A stretch of DNA of 64,000 nucleotides from Flavobacteriales bacterium (GTDB lineage: Bacteria > Bacteroidota > Bacteroidia > Flavobacteriales_F > PHOS-HE28). The translations under genes and the position numbers were made by a program. Of the stretch, positions 48,529 to 59,943 are shown piece by piece. The notes under the pieces were generated by a model. The model searched no databases and was not told the origin of the DNA. It saw only the letters and a program-made list of their open reading frames with translations. How positions within the stretch are numbered: the first letter of the stretch is position 1; every line of letters begins with the position of its first letter. The stretch covers positions 10,953-74,952 of the forward strand of contig JADIYA010000007.1 of assembly GCA_016705545.1 (NCBI GenBank). The letters run 5' to 3'.

Positions 48529-49287
48529 ATGCGATCGTTCCTCTTCGCCCTGCTCCTGCCAATAAGCGCCACCGCCCAGATCAACAACTGGGATCCGCGC
48601 TGGTACGCATCGGACAGTGCGCTCATCTTCCACGACGACCTCGATTACTACCTCAACGCCTATAGTGAGCCCGAGATCAAGGCCATGCGCAAGCAGGTGA
48701 GCATCTGGCGCATGAACTTCGACAAGCTCATGCGGCAGACCATCCATGAACTGCGCGACTACAGCGAAGGCCATGGCATGGAACCGGCTGCCCACGATTT
48801 CGACCTGCCTATCGCGCAGCAAGCCGGCCGCTATCGCCTGATGAACAACCAAGGAAAGATCAGGGCCTTCATGTTCGGGAGCATCAGCAATCCGCCAGCG
48901 CGCGTGCAGATGGAGCGCTGGAGCCACTTGGCGAAGAAGTACGCGAAAGAGGCCGATGTGCAGCTCTTCGTGATCTATGGCCGCGAGCTTCACCCTGGCG
49001 ACCGGAAGAAGTTCAAGCTATACCCCCAGCCGAAGAGCGAGACCGAAAAGGCGGCCTACGCCAAGGAGTTCGCCCAACTGGGCACCTTGCCCGTGCTGAT
49101 CGATGGCCTCGATGAAGCGGTTTACACCGCCTACGGCAGGGTCCCGAACGGCGCTTATCTCGTGGATGCCGATGGCAATCTGGTATTCCGCAGCACCTGG
49201 GCCGATGCACGGAAGATGGAGCACATGATCGACACGCTGCTGCGGTGGTACAAGGCCGGGCGTCCGAAGGGGTTCGAGCCCCGGTAG
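48529..49287 (+). CDS. thioredoxin-fold, iodothyronine-deiodinase-like secreted protein lacking the redox Cys/Sec
   Basis: Signal peptide MRSFLFALLLPISATAQ. FMFGSISNPPARV aligns with the deiodinase FGS(C/A)T(U/C)PPF active-site stretch but has Ile-Ser-Asn in place of the Cys/Sec positions. No in-frame TGA. Confidence 0.45.
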   Translation: MRSFLFALLLPISATAQINNWDPRWYASDSALIFHDDLDYYLNAYSEPEIKAMRKQVSIWRMNFDKLMRQTIHELRDYSEGHGMEPAAHDFDLPIAQQAGRYRLMNNQGKIRAFMFGSISNPPARVQMERWSHLAKKYAKEADVQLFVIYGRELHPGDRKKFKLYPQPKSETEKAAYAKEFAQLGTLPVLIDGLDEAVYTAYGRVPNGAYLVDADGNLVFRSTWADARKMEHMIDTLLRWYKAGRPKGFEPR

Positions 49288-49437
49288 CACAGACCCACCA
49301 TTCAGGCTGAAACGGTTCAGGATGGAATTGAGGCTTTCTACATGTCCGGTGCAGCGTCGACCCTCCGGTTTTACCGTGAGGATTCGGAAGAGATCATGCC
49401 AACCCTCTGGAATGACCAAGAGGATTGAAGGAACACC

Positions 49438-50163
49438 ATGCGGACCTGGATCCTGATCTGCACCTACTGGCCCCGATTGCGTCGCCTTTTGCGCAGTACC
49501 GTGTCCATGGCCGGGGTCGTTTTCCTGTCGATGGCCTTCCTTGCGTTCACGCGCATCCCTTTCGATGCGCACAGTTGGCTGGGCACAGCAGCAGGCGAGT
49601 GCCGGAGCGAGCCAACGCTGATCATCGTCCTGGGCGGCAGCGGCATGCCCTCGGCACCTGAATTACTGCGGCTGCATCGCGCTGCGGAGCTGGCGAATGA
49701 CTGGCCTGAAGCAGCCGTGGCCGTCGTGCATCCCGGTGATCCGCAAGCCATCCAAGCGATGCGGGATGAGTTGGTGCAACGTGGCGTGGACAGCACCCGA
49801 ATCGGCCTGATCAACGAGGGCGACAATACGCGCGCTCAAGCCTTGGTCGTGGCCTCCCGGATGCTGCCGAACATGAAGTCCAAGTCCGTGGCCGTTGTGA
49901 CAGCACCGGAGAACATGTACCGCAGCGTGCTCACCTTTCGCGGTGTTGGCTTCATGGAAGCGTGCGGTGCCCCTGCATGGGATCATGCCATGTATCACGA
50001 TTTCAACTACGATCACGGTGCGGTCGGTGGCAAGGCCTGGGTGCCCGATGTATCTGACCGACCAGCGCTGCGCTACACCTTCTGGAACTACTTGAAACTG
50101 GAGGTCACCTGCCTGCGCGAGTACATGGCCATAGCCTACTACCGGTTGAACGGCTGGATCTGA
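49438..50163 (+). CDS. DUF218 (YdcF/ElyC/SanA-like) domain protein
   Basis: N-terminal TM, then LIIVLGGSGMP...RL..AAEL... and ...VAVVTAPENMYRSVLTFRGVG, typical of the DUF218 fold. Confidence 0.65.
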   Translation: MRTWILICTYWPRLRRLLRSTVSMAGVVFLSMAFLAFTRIPFDAHSWLGTAAGECRSEPTLIIVLGGSGMPSAPELLRLHRAAELANDWPEAAVAVVHPGDPQAIQAMRDELVQRGVDSTRIGLINEGDNTRAQALVVASRMLPNMKSKSVAVVTAPENMYRSVLTFRGVGFMEACGAPAWDHAMYHDFNYDHGAVGGKAWVPDVSDRPALRYTFWNYLKLEVTCLREYMAIAYYRLNGWI

Positions 50164-50212
50164 TTGATTTCCGGTTCATTGGGGCTGGCTATATTCGCAC
50201 CCGATTTTTGAA

Positions 50213-50286
50213 GGACCCGTAGCTCAATTGGATAGAGCATCTGACTACGGATCAGAAGGTTTGGGGTTCGAATCCCTACGGGTCCG
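50213..50286 (+). tRNA. tRNA-Arg (anticodon ACG)
   Basis: Cloverleaf folded by hand: acceptor GGACCCG/CGGGTCC, D-arm GCTC...GAGC, anticodon stem TCTGA/TCAGA with loop CTACGGA, T-arm TGGGG-TTCGAAT-CCCTA, discriminator G. Confidence 0.92.
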
Positions 50287-50298
50287 CAGGACACGGAG

Positions 50299-50325
50299 CA
50301 GGCGCCGAAAGGCGCCTTCTTCATT
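50299..50325 (+). terminator. intrinsic terminator after tRNA-Arg
   Basis: CAGGCGCC-GAAA-GGCGCC perfect stem with GAAA tetraloop followed by TTCTTCATT. Confidence 0.6.
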
Positions 50326-50499
50326 CGTTGGCGGCTCTTGTCCGGTTTCGACCGATGGCGCTGCCAGGCCGACCTCGCTCTGCGCACCCAGTCTCAGCCG
50401 CCCATTTCGTCCGCCCACCGTAACACTTGCCGCCCGCTTGGAGCAGTCCTGTGGAAACTGCCTTGATCACTTGACCGTAGGAACGCACGGATCACTCCG

Positions 50500-53400
50500 A
50501 TGCCACCCTCGATGCTCCAACGTTACGCCCTCACACTCCTTCTCCTCGCTGCAGCACTCGCTGGCCGCGCCACCCATTTCTCAGGCGGCGAGATCTATTG
50601 GACCTGCCTGGGCAACAACCAGTACCAGATCACCCTGATGGTGTACCGCGATTGCGCGGGCATCAACGTAGACCCGAACGTCACGCTGCAGCTAACCAGC
50701 CCCTGCGGCAACACCAGCATGACGGTGAGCCACAGCGGGCCAACGGAAATCAGCCAGCTGTGCAACACGGAACTGCCGAATAGCACCTGCAACGGCGGCA
50801 CGCTGCCGGGCATCCAGCAGTTCACCTACACGGGAACGATCACTCTCGCTCCATGCGACTCTTGGACGATCTCCTACACCAACATCTATCGGAACGATGC
50901 GATCGTGAACCTGGTGGCGCCCGGCACGCAGCGCACGCACATCAACGCGATCGTGAACACGTTGGTGAGCCCTTGCAACGATTCACCGCAATTCTCGAAC
51001 ACGGCCATCCCTTATGTGTGCATGGGCTATCCCATCACGTACAGCTTCGGTGCTTGGGATCCCGAAGGCGACTCGCTCAGCTATGAGCTGATCAACGCGA
51101 TGGGCCTTGGCGGTGCTCCCATTCCCTACTCGCCGCCTTACACGTTCCAAGATCCCATCCCGGGCATCACGCTCGACCCCGTCACGGGTGAAGTGAATTT
51201 CACGCTGAACATGCTGGGCAACTGGGTCGTGGTGGTGCGTGTGCACCACTGGGTGAATGGGGTGCTCGTCGGCTCCGTGATGCGCGACATGCAGTTCGTG
51301 GCCTTCCCCTGCGGCAACGACCCGCCCGATCCCGCTACCGGCGTGATCACGGGCCTCACTGGCAATGCGGTGCAGCTGGGCCCGCGCGCCATCCAGGTGT
51401 GCGAGTCCGGTGACTTCTGCTTCAGCTTCGCCATCAACGACCCCAACCTGACCAATGTGCTGGAAGCCTTCAGCAACATCGGGCAGAACCTGCCGGGTGC
51501 CACCTTCAGCTACACGGCCGGCAATCCGCTGATGGGCCAGGTGTGCTGGACGGCGCAGCCGAACAGTTCGGGCTTCTATCCCTTCATCGTGAATGTGGAC
51601 GACGGTGCCTGCCCGATCCCGGCCTTCCAGACCTACATCTACTCGGTAACGGTGATACCCGGCCTCTATGGCACCGTGAGCACAACTGGAGAAACCTGCT
51701 TGGGAACCGGGAATGGCACCGCCACCGCGAACGTCACCACAGGCACCGCCCCGTTCACCTACGATTGGAGCACCGGCGCCACAACACCCAGCATCTCAGC
51801 ACCGCCCGGCACCTACACGGTGACGATGACCGACGTGAACAACTGCGTATCGCCGCCGATCACGGGCATCATTGGCACGCAATCGATGCCGAACCAGGCC
51901 ATTGCCGGAACCGACGTGATAGGCTGCGTTGGTAGTTTCCTGTGACATTGGGCGGATCCGTGGTGAATGCCACCGGAGGCATCTGGAGCGGCGGTGCCGG
52001 GACCTACGGAGGCACCTGGCCCTCGATCACCTACACGCCCACCGCAGCAGAGATCGCCGCAGGCACCGTGACGCTCACCCTTACCACCACCGGCAACAAC
52101 AACTGCCCGCCTGACAGCGATACCGCCACCTTGCTGATCCTGAACAGCTTCGCGAATGTGAGCCTTTCATCGGACCCCGCCTCATGCAACGGCGGAAGCG
52201 ATGGCAGCGCGTCGGTTGTGAACGGCCAGCCCGGGTTCACCTATCAATGGAGCACCACGCCGGTGCAGACCGCAGCAACGGCCACCGGCCTCGCGCAGGG
52301 CACCTATGGGGTCATCATCACCGATTCCTACAACTGCATCATCAGCCTCAGTGCCACGGTGATGCAACCGCCCGCGCTCGAGATCAGCATCATCGCCATC
52401 GGCGACGAGAGTTGCGCCGGTTCGGGTGATGGCACACTGACGGCCAGCGCCAGCGGCGGAACGCCGCCCTACAGCTACACCTGGAGCAACGGGGCAAGCG
52501 GCGCGCTGCTCACGGCCACAGCGGGGACCTACACCGTGAGCGTCACTGATGCGAACAGCTGCGGTCCGGTCACGGCCACCGGAACCATCAATGCAGCCGC
52601 ATTGCCGAATCAAGCCGATGCGGGCGCCGACCTCGTGGGTTGCATCGGCAGTTTCCCCATTGTCTTGAATGGCAGCGTGACCAACGCCACAGGCGGCGCT
52701 TGGAGCGGTGGCACCGGCAACTTCTCCGGGACTTGGCCCGCGGTGAGCTATGAACCAAGTGCTGATGATGTCGCAGCCAACGGAGTGACCCTCACGCTCA
52801 CCACCACGGGAAACGCCAACTGCCCTCCTGCCACGGATCAAGTCTTCATCAATATCCCGAACAGCTTCGCGAATGCACAGGTGACGCCCACCGATGCGGT
52901 CTGCTTCGGCACAGCCACAGGCTCAGCAGCATTCAGCCCCGACTTGCCCGGCTTCACCTATGCTTGGAGCACCTCACCCGTACAGACCACGGCAACGGCC
53001 ACAGGACTTATCGGCGGCGACTACACCGTGACCGCCACCGATGCCTTCGGATGCAGCATCACCTTGAGCACCACCATCGGTCCGAACGCACCGTTGAGCA
53101 TCGTGAGCATTACGGGAACGGATGAGAGCTGCGCAGGCTTCGCGAATGGAACGGCTGCTGTTGAGGCAACCGGAGGCGCGTCACCTTACACCTACTTGTG
53201 GAGCAATGGTGCCACCACAGCGAGCATCACTGTTGGTGCCGGTGACTATACCGTGACCGTGACCGACGCGAACAACTGCGCGCCGGAAAGCGCCTCGATC
53301 ACCCTTGCAGCAGCCGCGCAGCCCAACGTGGCGGTTGCGGGACCCGACCTGCTGGGCTGCGTGGGCAACTTCCCCATCGCCCTCTTCGGCAGCGTGCAGA

Positions 53401-56015
53401 ACGCCGATAGCGGCATCTGGAGCGGCAACGGCTCGTTCAGTGGAAGCTGGCCCGGCGTGAGCTATACGCCATCTGCAGCAGAGATCGCCGCCAACAGCGC
53501 CACGCTCACCCTCACCACCGCGGGCAACAGCAACTGCCCGCCCGCGACCGACCAGATGGTGATCACCATCCCCAACAGCTTCGCGAACCTGAGCACCACC
53601 ACGGTGAATGCGCCTTGCAGCGGACAGACCATCGGCTCCGCGAGCGTGACCCCGGTGATCCCTGGCCACACCTACCTGTGGAACGACCCCGCTGCGCAAA
53701 CCACGTCCACGGCGAGCAACCTGGCAGCGGGCACCTACACGGTGACGGTATCCGATGGCCCTGGCTGCAGCACCACGCTCACCGCCACGGTGACCTCACC
53801 GGACCCGATCATCGTTGCAAGCATCACCAGCACCGATGAGACCTGCGCGGGCTTCGGCAACGGAACGGCCTCGGTGACCGGTGCCGGCGGCACTCCTCCA
53901 TACAGCTACCTCTGGAGCAACGGCGCCACCACGCAGAGCATCAGCGCCAGCGCGGGCAACTACATCGTTGGCATCACCGATGTGAACGATTGCGCAGTGG
54001 CCATCGGCATGGTGACCATCAACGCGTTGGCTCAGCCCAATCAGGTGAACGCCGGCACGAATCAGGTGGCGTGCATGGGCAGCTATCCGATCAGCCTCAA
54101 CGGCTCGGTGGTGAACGCCACCGGCGGCGTCTGGAGCGGCGGCACCGGCACCTGGTTGAATACCGGCCTGAGCGCGCAGTACATGCCGAGCAGCGCGGAG
54201 ATCGCCAATGGCGGACTCACGCTCACGCTCACCACCACCGGCAATCCGATCTGTCCGCCAGCGAGCGACCAGGTCGTCATCAGCCTCAGCAACGCCTTCA
54301 TCGGAGCGGGGCTCACCACGACGAACATCGATTGCAACGGCAACGCGAACGGCAGCATCGCATACGCCCCGCTGGCGGCCGGCAATAGCTACCAATGGAA
54401 CGACCAGGCCGGTCAATCAACGCCAACGGCTACGGACCTCGCCCCGGGCGCCTACACCATCACCATCACCGATGCGCTCGGCTGCGACACTTCGCTCACC
54501 GCGGTGGTCACGGAGCCTGCGCCCCTCGCGATCACTGCCTTCAACCTCACTGATGTGAGCTGCAACGGCGGCAACAACGGCACCGCCTATGCGCTGGTGA
54601 GCGGTGGAACCCCGCAATACACCTACGCCTGGAGCGGTGGCCAAGCCACACCGGCGATAACCGCTCTTTCTGCTGGTCCGGTCAGCCTGATCGTGAACGA
54701 TGCCAACGGCTGCACCGCGCAAGCCGATGGCGTGATCAACGAACCGCCGCCTTTGAGCTTCATGGCCGTGGTGCCCGACACGGCGTGCGTGAATGAACCG
54801 GTGACGCTGGTGGCGCAGGGAAGCGGCGGAACAGGCAACCTCACCTTCAATTGGGGCCCGCTCGGAACAGGCAACCCCATCACGGTGAGCTTCACGCAAT
54901 CGCAGAACGTGCAGCTGAACGTGAGCGATCAGAACGGCTGCACTGCGCCCGCGCAGTTCTATCCGGTCCAGGTGCTCGACCTGAATGCGGCCAGCTTCAG
55001 CACCTATGGCGACACCACGATCTGTCCCGGCGGGATCCCCGCCATGGTGGGCGCGCAGCTCGCGAACTACGCCGGCTCTTACACGATCACCTGGCCCGAA
55101 CTGGGACAGAACGGCACAGGCCCCTACATCGTACCGTTCACGACGAATCAGGACCTCAATGTGACCGTGACCGACCAGTGCGGCAACACGCTGCAACAGG
55201 TGGTGGAGTTGCGCGTAGAAACGCCGCCCGCCATCACCCTGCCGCCGATCATCGCGGAGGGCTGTGCACCGCTCACCGTGACCTTCCCAGACCTGCAACT
55301 CGGCCCCGGCCTCAGCTACCTCTGGGACCTGGGCAATGGCAGCACCAGCGTGGCGCCGCAGCCGGTGCTCGTGTACCAAGCAGGCAGCTACGCCGTAAGC
55401 CTCACCGTGAGCACGCCCATCGGATGCACGAGCAGCAGCGGCATGAATGGCACGATCAACGCATGGCTGCCCCCGAGCGCAGGCTTCAGCGCCAGCACTT
55501 ATAACACCACGGCGGACAATGCCAGCATCGATTTCACCGATCTGAGCCAGGGCAGCATCGCCACCTGGGACTGGACCTTCGGCGATGGCGGCACCAGCAG
55601 CGCCATGAACCCCACCTACGCCTACGGCGATGTAGGCACCTTCCAAGTGATCATGCAGGTGACCGATATCCATGGTTGCACGGACGAGGCGGAGGCGAAC
55701 ATCATCATCACCCCGATCCACGACATCGTGATCCCCAATGCCTTCACCCCTACGGGCAACGGCGGCTACTACGACCCCAATGCGCTCAACAACGACGTGT
55801 TCTATGCCTTCGCGCGATTCGTTGAAGACTTCCGGATGCGCGTCTTCAACCGCTGGGGCGAACTGATCTTCGAGAGCGACGACGTGCGCTACGGATGGGA
55901 TGGCACCTATCGCGGACAGCTCAGTCCGCAGGATGTCTATGTGGTGCAGACCTGGGTGCGCTTCGTGGACGGCAAGGAGAAGCAGATGCTCACCGATCTC
56001 ACGCTCTTCCGATGA
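50500..56015 (+). CDS. giant SprB-repeat cell-surface adhesin with gliding-motility-type (type-B, CHU_C) T9SS C-terminal domain, interrupted by a 1-nt frameshift near nt 51939
   Basis: ORFs 50500-51945 and 51942-56015 are one gene. Frame 1 ends ...GCVGSFL* and frame 2 reads (F)PVTLGGSVVNATGG. Downstream repeats read ...GCIGSFPIVLNGSVTNATGG, so one C is missing from TTCC(C)TG. Contains SprB-type motifs (PYTYxWSNGATT...YTVTVTDANxC). C-terminus ...IPNAFTPTGNGGYYDP...DGTYRGQ... is the CHU_C/T9SS type-B CTD. Confidence 0.85.
51880..54750 (+). repeat. four tandem ~715-bp (~238-aa) coding repeats inside the SprB-like gene
   Basis: Repeat units start with (L/M/Q)PNQ(A/V)xAG(T/A/P)D(L/V)(I/V/L)GC(I/V)G(S/N)FP... 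at about nt 51890, 52600, 53320 and 54030. Each contains NATGG.WSGG...CPP..D and two PYTY/SWSNGATT...TDAN.C modules. Confidence 0.8.
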
Positions 56016-57010
56016 AGGCACGGTACGCGCTCCTTCTCTTGCTGTTCCCGGTGCTCGCCGCTCACGGACAGGATCCGCAGTTCTCGCAGTGGTACGCGGC
56101 GGCGCAATACCTCAATCCTGCGCTCACCGGCAACACGCACCAGGACCGCATCGCACTCAATTACCGACTGCAGTGGCCGGGCGTGCAGCCAGGCTACGAG
56201 ACCTACATGGCCGCCTACGACCATCGCTTCAGCACGGCTCCCATCGGCATGGGCGCCATGGTGCTGCGCGACAAGGCCGGCAGCAGCGGGCTCACCAGCA
56301 CCACCATCGGCCTCAGCTACAGCTATGAGGCACGCCTGAGCTACAAGCGCGCATTGCGCGGCGGCGTGCGCCTGGGCTACACCATGCGCGGCGTGGATCC
56401 AAGCGGATACCTCTTCGCCGACCAGGTGATCCGCGACAATGCGCCGGTGACCATCGAGCCGAACCTCGTGCAGCGCACCAACTACCTCGACCTGGCCGGC
56501 GGATTGATGTACTACACTGAAGGCTTCTGGGCCGGCGTAAGCATGAATCACCTCAACAGGCCCAACATGAGCCTGATGGTGGATGGCAATGCCCCGCTGC
56601 ACCGTCGAGTGAGCGTGCATGCTGGCTATCGATTCCCGCTGGATGGCCAGCGCAACCTCAGCAAGAGCGAGACGCGCATGACCCTGGCCACGCACTACAA
56701 GATGCAGGGCAAGTGGGACCAGCTCGACCTCGGCGCCTACGCCGACCACAAGCAATTCACTGCTGGCCTCTGGTACCGCGGGCTGCCCATCATCAAGGCC
56801 TACCAGCCGGGATACGGTAACAACGAGGCGATCGTGCTCATGGTCGGCTACGAGACCGAGTCGCAATTGCGCTTCGTGTACAGCTACGACATCACCATCA
56901 GCAAGCTCACCATGCGCAGCGCCGGTGCGCACGAGATCTCCCTGATCTACGAATGGCCCAAGCAGGCCAAGAAGCGCAAGCACAAGATCGTGCCCTGCCC
57001 GAAGTTCTGA
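56012..57010 (+). CDS. type IX secretion system membrane protein PorP/SprF family
   Basis: Start MKARYALLLLLFPVLAAHGQDPQFSQWYAAAQYLNPALTG (PorP/SprF N-terminal signature). Beta-barrel ending ...KIVPCPKF. Overlaps the stop of the upstream SprB-like gene, the usual SprB-PorP arrangement. Confidence 0.88.
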   Translation: MKARYALLLLLFPVLAAHGQDPQFSQWYAAAQYLNPALTGNTHQDRIALNYRLQWPGVQPGYETYMAAYDHRFSTAPIGMGAMVLRDKAGSSGLTSTTIGLSYSYEARLSYKRALRGGVRLGYTMRGVDPSGYLFADQVIRDNAPVTIEPNLVQRTNYLDLAGGLMYYTEGFWAGVSMNHLNRPNMSLMVDGNAPLHRRVSVHAGYRFPLDGQRNLSKSETRMTLATHYKMQGKWDQLDLGAYADHKQFTAGLWYRGLPIIKAYQPGYGNNEAIVLMVGYETESQLRFVYSYDITISKLTMRSAGAHEISLIYEWPKQAKKRKHKIVPCPKF

Positions 57011-58846
57011 TCCGAGATTGGCCGCAGAGGCGCAAAGGCGCGGAGTCCATAGGAGCTACATCCGCTCAGGCACTTCGATGCCCAGGCACCACATCGCCTT
57101 CTTGGCTGCCTGGCCACCGCGGCGCTCAACGCCAAACGGAAAGCGCGCTTACCGGCATCCTCTTCCTTCATGACCGGTATGGCCTGGTAGAAACTGTTGT
57201 AGGCCTTCACCACTTCGTAGGCGTGATTCGCAAGAGACGAAGGGTCGAGCTTGGTGGCGGCTTCGTGGAGCACCACCGGGTACTGGTGAAGGAGCTTGAG
57301 CACGACCCGCTCTTCGGGGAGTAGATGATAGTTGTCGGTAGTCAGTTGTCCTGCTCCATGAGACAACTCTCCCGCCTTCCTCAGCAGGCTCTTGATCCGC
57401 GCATGGGTGTATTGGATGAACGGCCCCGTATGCCCTTGCAGGTCGATGCTGGCGGCGGGATCGAAGAGCATGCGCTTCTTTGGATCGACCTTCAGCAGGA
57501 AGTACTTGAGCGCAGCCAGGCCGATCATCTCATAGAGCGCGTCCTTCTCCGCTTCGCTGAAGCCTTCGAGCTTGCTCAGCTCCTCGCCCGTGCGGCGCGC
57601 CTCGCTCACCACCTCCTCGATGAGCTCATCGGCATCCACCACCGTGCCTTCGCGGCTCTTCATCTTGCCGCTGGGCAGGTCCACCATGCCGTAGCTGAGG
57701 TGGAAGAGCTCGCTCGCCCAGGGGAAGCCGAGCTTCTTCAGGATCAGGAACAGGACCTTGAAGTGGTAGTCCTGCTCATTGCCCACCGTGTAGATGAGCT
57801 TGCTGAGGCCAGGATGCTCCTCGAAGCGCTTGATGGCCGTGCCGATATCCTGCGTCATATAGACACTGGTGCCATCGCGGCGCAGCAGCACTTTCTCGTC
57901 GAGGCCTTCCTTGGTGTTGTCCACCCAAACGGCGCCGTCCTTCTCATAGAACACGCCCTTCCTCAGGCCCCCGAGCACATCGGCCTTGCCAAGGATATAG
58001 GTCTGGCTCTCGTAGTAATTCTTGTCGAAGTCAACGCCGGCGCGGGCGTAGGTGGCATCGAAGCCTTCGTAGCACCAGCCGTTCATGGTCGACCACAGAG
58101 CGCGCACCTCGGGGTCGTTCGCTTCCCACTTGCGGAGCATCTCTTGGGCTTCGAGCAGGATCGGTGCCTCCTTCTCCGCAAGCTCTTTAGCCTTCCCGCC
58201 TGCCTCCTGCTCCTGCACCTGCTTCTTGAATTCCTTATCGAACTCCACGTAGTACTTGCCCACCAGCTTGTCGCCCTTCACCCCGACGGATGCAGGGGTC
58301 TCACCTTTCCCGTACTTCTGCCACGCCACCATGCTCTTGCAGATGTGGATGCCACGGTCGTTGATCACTTGCACCTTGATCACCTCGTGCCCTGCGCTCT
58401 GCAGGATGCGGCTCACGCTGTGCCCGAGGAAGATGTTCCGCAGATGGCCCAAGTGCAAAGGCTTGTTGGTGTTGGGGATGCGTACTCCACCATCACCTTC
58501 CTCCGCTCGGCGGGAACGGCCAGGATGTCCTTCTCCCCGCCTCCTTCAGGAAGCCCAACCAGTAGCCGTCGGCGATGACGATGTTCAGGAAGCCTTTCAC
58601 CACGTTGAAGCGCTCGACGATTGGCACGTTCGCCTTTAGGTGGTCGCCGATGGCCTGTGCGGTCTGCTCCGGCCCCTTGCCGCTGAGCTTGATGAAGGGG
58701 AAGACATTGATGGTGACATCGCCCTCGAATTCGGGGCGCGTAGCCTGGAAGCCGATGCTTCGCGCGTCGAGTTCTTTCCCGAAGAGTTGCGAGAAGGCGC
58801 TGTGCAGCGCAGGAACGAGAAGGGCCTGGAGTCTGTCTTGGAACAT
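56947..58846 (-). CDS. argS: arginine--tRNA ligase, split by three 1-nt homopolymer frameshifts (near 58536, 58475, 57105). The true stop is probably near 57056.
   Basis: Three ORF pieces in three frames: N-terminal MFQDRLQALLVPALHSAFSQLF...GFLKEAG (Arg_tRNA_synt_N), middle ...GEKDILAVPAERRKVMVEYASP, then PLHLGHLRNIFLGHS (HIGH motif) through the DALR anticodon-binding domain. The C-terminal frame reads ...LALSAAVARQPRRRCG... while the -1 frame gives the canonical ...VARQAKKAMWCLGIEVPERM*. Each junction is repaired by adding one base to a C or G run. Confidence 0.9.
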
Positions 58847-58985
58847 CGGGCGGCAAAGAAAGGGTTGGGGAGGTTGTGGCTTCGCTCGGCTCGCAATGAC
58901 CGGTAGAGGGTTGATAGAGGTTGAGGGTTGTGAGGCTTGCAACCCTGAACCGGCAGGAGTCCCCAACCCACCCTTCCGCATCAAC

Positions 58986-59943
58986 CTACCCCGGAAGGAA
59001 ATTCTCCGCGAGCATGCAGCGTACACCGCCGCCACCGATGGCCTCGATGGTGGGCACCGCCACGGGAATGAGCTGCGCGTGGCGCTCCAAGGCAATACGC
59101 TGGAAGGGCTTGAGCGCGTGGAAGGCGGTTTCGCTGAGGAAGATCGCTTCCTGCTTCGTGCCTCGCTGTTCGCGATGACCGGATGCGCCGGAAAGGCGGG
59201 CTGGAACCAACTCGAGCGCATTGCCCACGAACTTGTGCAGCTGCGGCAGATCGAACGAGATGACCTCGCGTCCGCTCTTGGCCAATTCCTCTTCCAGTTC
59301 CTGCCGCTCCGCTGGGTACGGCATGGCATCGAAGCAGACCAGCGCCCAATGGGTGCCGATGCTTATGACCACGTTGGTGTGGTAGATGGGCGCGCCGTTG
59401 AGCCGGCCGTCCATGGAAGCGGTGAAGGCGATGGGCGTGTAACCCAGTTGCTCGCACCAGGCTTCCACGGCGCGCTCGCTGGTGCGCGGCGAAAGGCAGG
59501 CGAAGGCGCGGCGCTTGATGCGGTCGAGCACCAGGCTGCCGGTGCCTTCCAGGATGAGTCCATGATGCTCCCAAGCGCTGAAGTCGAGGGTTTGGCGCAC
59601 GGCGAATCCTTCACCTTCCAGACTTCCGCGAGGTCGGGGTCACGCTCGGCGCGGCGGCTGGGCGTGAGCATGGGGTAGAGCACCAGGGTGCCATCGGCAT
59701 GCGTGCTGAACCAATTGTTGGGGAACACGCTATTGGGCGCCGACGGATCCAGAGGGTCGAGCACCGTGAAGCCGATTCCGCATTGGCGCAGCGCTTCCAG
59801 CAATCCGTCGAATTCCACAGCGGCGGACCGGCTGCATCATCCACCGGGACGCGCTGCTGGAACTCGTTGCTGGCAGCGGTTTCCGGGTCGTACCCGAAAC
59901 CGGTTGGACGGATGAGGATGACGGAGGAAGCGGACTGGCTCAC
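58986..59943 (-). CDS. amidinotransferase-superfamily enzyme (DDAH / arginine-deiminase-like, possible citrulline/arginine hydrolase), split by two frameshifts (near 59822 and 59600)
   Basis: Three consecutive ORF pieces: MSQSASSVILIRPTGFGYDPETAASNEFQQ..., then ...EFDGLLEALRQCGIGFTVLDP...TLVLYPMLTPSRR..., then ...RQTLDFSAWEHHGLILEGTGSLVLDR...AIGGGGVRCMLAENF (catalytic GGGxRC motif of the amidinotransferase superfamily). Confidence 0.75.

Noticed and set aside
48529-49287. Selenocysteine (TGA recoding) in the deiodinase-like gene
   Set aside because: The ORF is continuous with no in-frame TGA, and the position that would hold Sec/Cys is Ser/Asn.
50213-50500. Genomic-island integration at tRNA-Arg
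   Set aside because: There is no integrase, no direct repeat of the tRNA 3' end, and no compositional shift. The tRNA is followed by an ordinary terminator and then the SprB-like gene.
51880-54750. Possible CRISPR array or mobile-element repeats
   Set aside because: The only large tandem repeats are about 715 bp, protein-coding, in frame and SprB-like. There are no short direct repeats with unique spacers anywhere in the window, and no cas, transposase or integrase genes.
56947-57010. Apparent 64-bp convergent overlap between argS and the PorP/SprF gene
   Set aside because: Artefact of the C-terminal argS frameshift near 57105. In the corrected frame argS ends ...LGIEVPERM* near 57056, leaving the two genes non-overlapping.
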